DNA of 64,000 nt from the NCBI GenBank assembly GCA_029953675.1, contig JAMWBK010000009.1:1-64000 (forward strand). Direction: 5' to 3'. The DNA is from Rhodosorus marinus CCMP1338 (lineage: Eukaryota > Plantae > Rhodophyta). Within the stretch, counting starts at the first letter, position 1, and each line of letters starts with the position of its first letter. The translations under genes were made by a program, and so were the position numbers. Under the pieces are notes generated by a model. It ran no database searches. It saw only the letters and a program-made list of their open reading frames with translations, and was not told the DNA's origin. Below, in pieces: positions 55,407-64,000 of the stretch.

Positions 55407-57544
55407 ATGTCGGACTTCACCAGGGACGCGTATGAAATGGCGAAAACCGGAAACCAAGGGCTGGATGAATTGGTTAAGGAAGACACTAATACTAGGTCCC
55501 CGTACTCACCGCAACCGCAACAGCAACAGCAGGGCGATGCGTTCGCGACGTCCACCAAACAGCCTTCGAAAGGGGGCAGTGACGGTCGTAGATTGTTTGC
55601 TGCGTCAATGAAAGGTGACAGTTGGAAAGTTACAATCGTCAAGGCGACAAGCAAGGATCAGGTTGGGCCTCCTAAAGCTAAGCACGTGAGGGCGATAGTG
55701 GAAGGCCTTCAAAAGGGTGGCAGTTTTTCCGACAGGAACTCGTCTGTTGGCTCCATAGTCTATCATTTGAGGAAGCGCTTGCAGGAACCGGAATGGATAG
55801 TTATCGTGAAGACGCTTTCGGTGTTTCATCACGTTTTCCGAGAAGGCAATCCGAAATTTGTTGAATACTTCTCCAACAAAGCTAGAAATACTATCAAACT
55901 GACGGACTGGAAGGGTTTTGGGCAGAGCAGTTTATACGCTCCGTTCATACGTAGCTACTCAGACTACCTCTACCACTGGTGCGAGATGAGGGCGAAGATA
56001 AGGTTCCCTCCTGGTAGGATTGATGATGACGTTTCCTTCGCGACGAGGCATTATTCAGGGATGAGCACGAAAGGAATTTTTCGAGATCTTCCGGTGCTTG
56101 CTGAGACGCTCGAGAAGCTCATTGCCATCAACCTGGACTCAGCAATATCTCTCTCACCAGCTGGAGCTCCGGCGCTCTACATGATTATAAAGGACGTGAC
56201 CTATCTTTGGGTCGCTGTGACTCAGGCCATGCTCAGCCTGATTGATAAATTTTTCGAAATGGACGTAGGCCCAGCAAGGATAAGCTACGGCTTGTACGAG
56301 CAGCATTTGAGCTTGGTTCCAAACGTGCGGAAGTTTTTCGAAAAGCTAAACGGTAGGACTGTTGCGTCAGACTACGCTGACGTCCAGACATTCTATTCTC
56401 AGCAGCTATTGGAACTAACTTCCAAAAGCTTTGTCTACTCTTTTCTTGCTGTGCTAGGCTTAAATCTGAACAAACCGTTACCTGAAGTTGGCATCGTCAC
56501 TAACGAGTTGAGCTCATCAATGAGAGAATATATTGACAATGCGAATGCGCTAGAAGAGGACGTAAACTACAGCGATGAAGAGCTCCCTGAACCGTACTAT
56601 GAGCCTCCAGATGACTACTTTTCTGAGTCAGATCCGGAACCAGAGTACAGTCCCCCCCCGCGGCCGAGATCACAGGTACGAAATCGCTCAGGTCGATATG
56701 ACCTTTAACCGTAACCCACACACACGGTGGTGCAACCCGGGCTTGTAGATGGACGGATGTACAGCTTCCTGAAACAGTTCCGTCGAATTAACTTCATCTC
56801 TTCTATGTACAGAGCACAAGCTCTAGTGACGAGGAAGAGGAAGAGGAAGAGGAAGAGGAAGAAGAAGAAGAAGTGCCAATCCCACAGCCAATCCCGACTA
56901 TGATGCCCCAGCCAAGAGCATTCGACCCGTTGGTTGATCTTCTGGGAATGCAACAGATGACTATGGCGGGAGCACCAATCACGCAATACCAGCAACCTGT
57001 GTACCAGCAACCCGGGTTTCAAAATACAGGTGACGCGCGCGTGCAGAGTATCAAAGCTGTTATGAACGGTGTGCAGCAGCAGCGAGTGATGGCCGCACAG
57101 GGGGCTAATGTGAACTATCAGGCGGTTTCGTTGCCAGCGAGCACAGCTGTGCAGACGCAAGGTGCGGCAATGGGATCAGCCGGGAGAGGAGGGGGCTTGT
57201 CAAACGTGTACGCGCAAATGCAGGCCGCGCAAGTGTACAGAAACCAAACGGCACAAGCTCAGGGTATGCCTGGAGTTCCCGTTCAGCACGCAACTGTACA
57301 GCAGGGCCAGCCGGCTCTCCTAATGAATCAAGCATACGTCACACAGCAACAAGCCCAGCAGATGCAAATGGTGAGTTGCCAGTTGCATGCAGTACTTTCT
57401 GATGGACGAGCTACTGAATCTTCGTGCTCTTGTGGTTGTATCACGGTCGTGTGTTTGTTTGCACCAACTTTCTTTCGCTTGCGCGTTGATTTCGTTCCCT
57501 AATAGAATCAACAAAACTATACCTACCGTCCACCTCCGTACTAG
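55407..57544 (+). CDS. ANTH-domain clathrin assembly protein (AP180/CALM-like), multi-exon
   Basis: IVKAT...PPK.KHVR, W.V..KTL..FH...REG; acidic and Q/P-rich C-terminus; last exon NQQNYTYRPPPY*. Confidence 0.85.
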
Positions 57545-57856
57545 CGGGGTGGCGGCGAGCCTACCTTGTGAGTATGGCAGCAGCAGGAAAGGCTCCTAGG
57601 TCCTTAGGAGTCAATCAAGTTCTCTGGGTAATGCTACGACTAGCAGCTGCTTGCCTTAGTTGGTGCAAAGTTAATGATTGTTTTCTACTGTTAGCGTCTT
57701 TTGCGCTTTAAAGAACATGTTTCTCAGGCAAGAGGTCTCGGCAATCCACTTTGAACCGTCGTGTACAATTTGTGGGGGGAGCATAAGGGCCGCACGCAAC
57801 AGGCACAGGATTCAGTAGCTGCTGGGTTTGTGATTACTAGCTGTGGAGCTTGTCGT

Positions 57857-58900
57857 CTATTGACCTTTCTTCAGCTCCTCCGCTAGCTCGAAGGATCTCA
57901 GGATTAAGTTGACGAATGTTTTCCCTTGAGTGAACCCGAACACATGACTGCCTGGCAAGTACATGACGCTGCTCTTCCCAGCAAGAAACTGGAGAGCAGT
58001 TAGCATATGTTCATTGAGCTGGGGAGTGATGATCTTGTCATGGAGGAAAGCGGCTCCGACAGCAGCAAGTTGTTCATTGGTTTTGTACAAGTCCGTCCGC
58101 TCCCGTACTGATCCCATGAGCGAGTAGCCGACAAAAAGGTCATGGACTTTCTCTTGCGCTTTGGGTCCAAGGTCCCTTTCCATGGCAGCCCAGTCAACTG
58201 TGCCTCTGAGACCCCCGACCGTCATGGTATTTGGTCCGGGGCCACCCATCATCTCAGCAAGCGCAAGCTCACCACCTGCAACAATTGCAGAACCAGTTGC
58301 CATTCCGCCTCCGAAGGACACTCCAGCTACTCCCACGGGGGTCCCGGGAAACTGTTTTCGGGCGAAGCATACCAGGGAGGACCCTTCAGAGATATTGGCG
58401 TTGAAGAACAGTACCAAATCGTGAACAGAGACCAGGTAGTAAGACTCTTGATATGATGGGCGCCTTTTAGCATAAAACGGCAGCATCAGCAGTAAACTGG
58501 TATAGCCTTGTTTCGCGAGCGGAATAGCGTACTGATCTCTTCGAAACGTGTATCCCTTGTCCCCCCATGCAGCCATCAAAACAACTATACCCCGAACGCT
58601 GGTGCCGTCCGGCGGTGTTACCCTGAGCACATAAGCTGTCTTCGATTCTGTGGGTAACTTAGATGCCTCTGGGGATGCAAACTCTCCTTCCTCATAGCCG
58701 ATACCATCACTATCCACTTCTTTGGCGCCAAAGTTCACGTCTATGTCTGACGGCTGATCAACCGCATAATCGGAGAGCTTTTCAAGCTGCCCAAGCCCAT
58801 CTTTGAAAAACTTTTTCTTTTGCTTCGATGCATTCAGGATATATATCCAGTCCAGGATGCCCATCAACCAGCTAAATATCAAGGATAAGAGTTTCATCAT
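57857..58900 (-). CDS. Alpha/beta hydrolase, DUF2048/ABHD18-like
   Basis: GD..Y..RR....PL.K.G..S..L..PFY..RRP..Q; nucleophile elbow GVSFGG; HD..I; GSHV. Confidence 0.8.
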   Translation of the reverse strand: MMKLLSLIFSWLMGILDWIYILNASKQKKKFFKDGLGQLEKLSDYAVDQPSDIDVNFGAKEVDSDGIGYEEGEFASPEASKLPTESKTAYVLRVTPPDGTSVRGIVVLMAAWGDKGYTFRRDQYAIPLAKQGYTSLLLMLPFYAKRRPSYQESYYLVSVHDLVLFFNANISEGSSLVCFARKQFPGTPVGVAGVSFGGGMATGSAIVAGGELALAEMMGGPGPNTMTVGGLRGTVDWAAMERDLGPKAQEKVHDLFVGYSLMGSVRERTDLYKTNEQLAAVGAAFLHDKIITPQLNEHMLTALQFLAGKSSVMYLPGSHVFGFTQGKTFVNLILRSFELAEELKKGQ

Positions 58901-59677
58901 GGAATTAACAAAGAATCCACACTTGTACACCACACACCTGTCAAACCTGGAAACCCTGTCACGTGGTGTACAAGAGCCAAAGAAGAGCGAGTCTTGCGAA
59001 CAACCAAACCCTGCCCTATCCGGAACTACCCTGTGTTTCGCACCGCAACACAAAATGCCAGGCACAAATTTAACTGACTACAACGGGTGCATGACTAAAT
59101 GTGGGACTGATGAATACAACAAAGGCAGATCCACATCCTTTAATTTCGGCAATCAGCTTGTGGTGTATTCAGTGCTCATTCCACGCAGTGCAAAATCATT
59201 GGCTTCTTGAACTCATATTCTAGATTAAAAATGGAGCTCGAGCATACTTGCTTCTCACGATCGACCAAGGAAACGGGAGCCGGGTGAGCGCTGAATTTTT
59301 GTTTGAAGCACGTAACTTGCGTTCGGTAGCTTCGTGCTATCAGAGTAGTTAGTCTTTGATACATGCACTTGTCTTGATGGGGAGAAATGCGGGACTATTG
59401 TTTTCCTTATCCAGGCTCCTCGGCGGCGGCGCAACCTTCTTCAACCTGCTGGCTTCGGCCAGCGAGCAACGGGGTCCTTTCAAAGGGCAGATATCTGCAG
59501 AGGCAGGCTTCGACTTCTTCTAGCGCTTGAAACGCAGAGAACCTTGCGGACAGTGAGAACTTAGAGCGCTACCAAGAACACTCAGTGCCAGAATAACAGT
59601 GCAGGTCGCGACAATGTTTTGCGAGCTGAGTCTGAACCACCATACACAGTACCGGTTCTGGAGCAGAGCGACGCTTC

Positions 59678-60191
59678 TCAGCTCTTTTCGCTTCCCAGCC
59701 TGGCTTCAAGAGCAGTTACGTATTCGTCAAGAAGATCCACAACGGCAGCGAGCTCTTCCGCCCTAGCCTTTGCGTCACTCGCTGCTTCAATGGCAGCACG
59801 AATCTCCCATAGTTGTTGCTTGGCTAGTACAACCTGCTCGGAAGCGGCTCCAGCTCTTTCGAGGAGAAGCTTTGCGTATAGCTCCGCGCTTATGTTTAGA
59901 TCGGAGAGCATGTTGACGTCATGGTTGCCTACTAATCGCACCGTTTCGGAAAGAAGTCCAGTTACAAGGCAGGAGAAAGAACAAACAATCCATCAGACAA
60001 GGACCCTCTATTTCACTGCTGAAGCTCACGAAAACAAAAACACGCGAAATGAAAACAATCGTACGCTCTACTTCTGACCGCAAAAGCTCTCGAAGTGAAT
60101 CTATGAATTCCGTAGCTGCAGTCTCGAGCGCTCCCTGAAACGGCTTCCGCGGCTCTGTAGTGTCGGTAAGTATTTGCTTCGAAGCGGACAT
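59678..60191 (-). CDS. BLOC-1 subunit 2-like coiled-coil protein (spliced)
   Basis: C-terminal EELAAVVDLLDEYVTALEARL and the LN...YAKL pattern resemble BLOC1S2. Confidence 0.5.
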
Positions 60192-61358
60192 TGTTCCTCG
60201 AAAACTAGCCCGGATAGACTCAGTCCCATGCGCCGAGACAAAATCAGCTGCTCGCCTCGCTCTTTAGCCCGCGACCAAGCTCGATCACCATCAAAGCGAT
60301 AAGCTGATGTCAACAGCTCCGCTACTATCCAAACTCACACGGCTCTAAAAAGTTCAACTAATTTCGGCATAGCGACTGACTTACCTAACTCTAAATACCA
60401 CGACGTGCCCACTAGATAATCTCCGAAGCCGCTGAGGGAATACTACACGACATTCTTGAACGAGCGAGAGCACTCATGGCTACCAGTCTTAGCGATTTCC
60501 GAACCGAATCTGTCCAGAAGATGACGATAGGTTGAAAGTGGCCCCACCTTCGGACAGGGGACTCTGACCAGTGGGTGAATCTTTAGTGACCCTCATACCA
60601 TAAAAGCAAAACTTGTCTCATGCCGTTTTTTTCCTTGTTTTGAATCATACGCACTGGTCTCCGAGCGATAGAGCTTGATAAACGACGTGCCCTTCAAAGT
60701 CTGACATATTCGAGGAAGACTAGTCGGTCTGTTTTGCTTTGTTCTCGGATGTTATTGCTTCATTCAAACCTTAGCTAATCTGAGAAGAGGGCAAGCTGAG
60801 CAAAAACTACGCGCTTGATCGTCTCTGGGCACAAAGTTAGCTCCCTGGTCACGAAGTTAGCGCCCTGGTCATGTCCCCTCCAAACAACGAGAAGCCTCTC
60901 CCCCTCCCCCTCCTCCTCCCCAGCCCCGGAGCGCACAACTTCCAGATTATAACGCTTCAGGCGGCGCCAAGGAGCTGAACCAACGTTGTGCAATCGCAAC
61001 TCCATTCCCTCGGCTAAAAAAAGGTAAAAGACACGTGGAGATGATTGGAATCCAAGTCCATGATTGGATCGAGGCAGTTCATGAAGTGCTAATAACCATC
61101 CTAACCATGGGATCATTGGCAGTTTGAGCAGAGGACGGGGATCCGTGGGAGCTTGGTGGAGGTATGGCGTAGTACGGATGTTGAGGAGATCTGGAATTCT
61201 TACCACCTGGCTTTCAATAGGGATAACAGTTTACCGGGTCTTCAGGTTCAGCGCAGGGGCTTGGAATGCTGTCGGCGGAGTTAGACGTGCCGTGAACGTG
61301 GAAACGATCGGGTGGGAGTTGCCTTGATCCGGGTGTAGTGCGTATTAGCAGATCTGAA

Positions 61359-62798
61359 ATGGAGGTTGGATCGCGATCAACGGAAACGGATGACCCAGCG
61401 ACCCAGAAAAATATTCGCACTGAATCTGGTAGTGCCCTCAGGGCGATATCAGTTGATGAGGCGATTGACCTTGCTGGCGGTTTTGGCAGGTCCCAACTCC
61501 GGATGGTGGCTCTCATGGGAGTGACCTACATGGCATGTAGCGTTAACATGTTCCTTCCAGTCTTCCTCGAGCCAAAGGTTCTAGAAATCTGGAGCGACGT
61601 TCGCCCTGTCCAGGCACAAACTCTCGCTTCATTTTTCTTCCTTGGCTTCTGGGTAGGTTTGTTCATTCTGGGTTCATGGGCGGACAGGGCTGGGAGACGG
61701 AAGGTGATAATCGTGTCGTTAATCGGTATGATCATCACTACCTGCGCAACTTTTCTGGTAAACTCGATTACGATGATGATGATAACTCGAGTGGCAGCTG
61801 GATTTGCGACTTCCGGAGCTTTTAATGGTTCGATAGTTATCGTTCTGGAATCTGTACCAAGCAACTGGAGGGTAGGATCCAAGGCTTTGTTAGCATTGTT
61901 CTGGGATGTGGCTCTGCTGACATACGCGGTGGCTGCGTATTTGCTTCGTAACGCATCCTGGAGATACTTGATAGTGATGAACGCCTACAGTATTCTCGGG
62001 CTCCTGCTGACCCAGCTGTTGTTGTCTGAGTCGGCTCGATTCTTGCTGGCTCAAGTATCTCATGAGAGAGCAACTCAAGCGGTGCTCCAGATGGCCCGGC
62101 AGAACGGGAAATCGATCAACTTTTTGTTTCCCTCAACTGATGAGCCCAACTTCCGACTGCGATCACATCCGCATGGAGCCAACGGTAGCACATCCTTCTT
62201 CGCCTTGTGGAAGCCGCGTGTGGCTGTGCTTACCCTGGCTATTGGGTTTGCGCAGTTTGCTGGGACAATGGCCTTCTACGGTCTAACCCTATCGAATGCA
62301 CAGCACGTCACGGAAAACCAGTATATGAATACCGTTCTCGGAGCCTTTGCTGAAGTCCCAGGGATCTTTGTCACGTGGCTCGCAGCTGAGCGCTTTGGGC
62401 GAAGGATAACGTACGCCGCGATTTTGGGTACACTAGGTGTCGCCCTCATTGGGGCCTCGTTGCCCTCGCTGGGCGGCGTGGCGACAGGAATCCTGCTTCT
62501 CGTTGGTAGATTTGCGGCAGCTGGAGCTACAATGATTTGCTACGTTGTGTCTGCCGAGTGCTTTCCAACAGACTGCCGCAGTGCTGGAGTGGCCTGGGGA
62601 AGTAGCTGTGGGCGACTGGGTGCAATCCTTGCCCCATTAACCTTCGATCTTCCGTTCGGAAGTGTCGCGTATTCAGTGATTAACCTATTGGCAATGGTTA
62701 GTACCGCCGCTCTTCTACCAGAAACTCTTGGGAAGAAGATGGACTCCCATGACAGCAACGAAGAGCACGAAGACTACGAAGAGATCGAAACTGGGTAG
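61359..62798 (+). CDS. MFS transporter (SV2/organic cation transporter-like)
   Basis: GGFGRSQ start, G.WADRAGRR motif A, AERFGRR, YV.SAE.FPT..R..G; 12 TM pattern. Confidence 0.9.
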   Translation: MEVGSRSTETDDPATQKNIRTESGSALRAISVDEAIDLAGGFGRSQLRMVALMGVTYMACSVNMFLPVFLEPKVLEIWSDVRPVQAQTLASFFFLGFWVGLFILGSWADRAGRRKVIIVSLIGMIITTCATFLVNSITMMMITRVAAGFATSGAFNGSIVIVLESVPSNWRVGSKALLALFWDVALLTYAVAAYLLRNASWRYLIVMNAYSILGLLLTQLLLSESARFLLAQVSHERATQAVLQMARQNGKSINFLFPSTDEPNFRLRSHPHGANGSTSFFALWKPRVAVLTLAIGFAQFAGTMAFYGLTLSNAQHVTENQYMNTVLGAFAEVPGIFVTWLAAERFGRRITYAAILGTLGVALIGASLPSLGGVATGILLLVGRFAAAGATMICYVVSAECFPTDCRSAGVAWGSSCGRLGAILAPLTFDLPFGSVAYSVINLLAMVSTAALLPETLGKKMDSHDSNEEHEDYEEIETG

Positions 62799-62919
62799 AC
62801 TGAATTGAGTATGGCGAGGTTGGCTGATCGCCGAGCACCGCACCTACATACATGAGCGACTGTTTCAGTGTTTTGAGGAAAGACCGGCGTCTACCTGACG
62901 AAAAGAGGTTGTGTCCAAA

Positions 62920-62941
62920 GTAACCCCAGACTAACGTAACC
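62920..62941 (+). other. Solo telomere-like motif with terminal redundancy (GTAACC-CCAGACTAAC-GTAACC)
   Basis: One 16-bp unit plus 6 bp; exact complement of the family B/C tail consensus. Confidence 0.8.
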
Positions 62942-63613
62942 GCGTACACTTACCCCCAACTGCAGGTAGGCCCTGAGAGTTCCTTTACAGAGCGGTTTCT
63001 AGTCGAGACTTTGGGACAAGGCATTGATGGGATGCGCGGACCTCGAGGGCTGAGTTGCAAGAGTGCACGCTCAGAGCGTGATCTACACGATACTATGTGG
63101 CTTGTCACACCTCCACCCAGTTGGTGACGATGTGTGGTCCCTTTCCAATCTAGCCTCTGCGTAGCAGCACCTTCCCTCGCTGTCCAAAAAGGCAGGACGC
63201 CACAATCACATACGGTGATTGTACATTGGACCGGAAACACTATGGTAGAAAACTTTCATCAGCTATCCGCGAGGTTGTTCCATACGCTTTGAGGACCCCA
63301 TCAATAAAGACAGACATGATAAACCCACAATGTTCTCTCGTTGCTGCCACCCCCATCCGTACCCGAGTAACCCACAACTCTAACACAGTTGGATGTGCAC
63401 GCCGAGCTTTTGATCGATGTTTATCGTGTTCGGGATTGTCACAGGAGCGCGGCCCACTTTCGAATGTCCGGATTCTTTAGTACGGAGCACATTTGAGTGT
63501 GTTTGCACTTGAAACGGTGTGGAGTAATTGATCGTGTTCAAATTTCTAATGACCACGTCGGATTGAAAGATCGGCTACCTTGTTTTCGAAAAGCTCGGTT
63601 TTTACGTTCAGAG

Positions 63614-63799
63614 ATGCCCCGCCCACGAGAGCCTAAGGACTATGAATGGTGCGACAACGTTCCTCTGAATGTTAAATTAACGAACGATCCGGTACCTGTG
63701 CTGAAGGCCATAGCAGAAGGAAGAATTGACACCGCCATTGAAGAATTCTCCTTCAAGCAGTGCGACAAGCAAGCGCAAGAGTTTGTTCGCTGCGCTGAG
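63614..63799 (+). CDS. First exon of a probable CX9C (CMC1-like) mitochondrial protein; incomplete
   Basis: MPRPREPKDYEW...KQCDKQAQEFVRCAE followed by a gt donor; one CX9C motif. Confidence 0.45.
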
Positions 63800-64000
63800 G
63801 TAAACGGAGGCCCTTCAATTGAGTTTCCTTAGCAGCCTAGTCCACTGCTTTCTTGTGCGGCACCTACGTGCTACCCGAATTGCTGCTAATTCACTCTTGG
63901 GTTGCTTCCTGGTTCTCATCCTACAAAGGGAAAGTTTTTCTCTCTGCTGTTTTCCTGCAAGACCGAGAATAGAACGATGCTGGACTGTACGAAAAAATAC

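Noticed and set aside
56830-56873. (GAGGAA)n/(GAA)n microsatellite
   Set aside because: It most simply encodes a poly-Glu tract in the ANTH protein's disordered C-terminus.
60775-61206. 143-aa minus-strand ORF upstream of the MFS gene
   Set aside because: No recognisable motif or clear splice structure; it could be an exon but cannot be supported from the sequence alone.

Overview
Eukaryotic nuclear DNA from a compact-genome alga or protist. Short GT-AG introns, a CCT-domain gene and a DUF1499 gene suggest a red-alga-like host; this is inference, not an identification. About 1-35 kb is a dense nested array of non-LTR retrotransposons with RT plus a restriction-like endonuclease (RLE; CRE/MoTeR-like). 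There are at least five families (called A-E here), with a Ty3/gypsy chromovirus fragment among them. Embedded in the array is one large intronless gene (2621-6542, minus) encoding a secreted protein. It has a Gly-rich N-terminus, a helical region, a Tc-toxin-A-like C-terminal domain, a Pro/Thr linker and a CBM2-like end, and it is split by two 1-bp homopolymer frameshifts. About 35.9-64 kb is mostly host genes: VTC1-like, DUF1499, SLC52-like, CCT, UspA, ANTH, ABHD18-like, BLOC1S2-like, MFS and a CX9C protein. A second TE-remnant patch lies at 40-44 kb. Main unexplained signal: a 16-bp telomere-like unit (GGGGTTACGTTAGTCT). It caps family B/C tails, is appended to a broken element end, appears inserted inside an unrelated element, and occurs once with terminal redundancy in a structured intergenic locus at 62.9 kb. 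That locus could be a telomerase-RNA template, an empty target site or an element footprint. Nothing here was confirmed by database search; identities and alignments were judged by eye.
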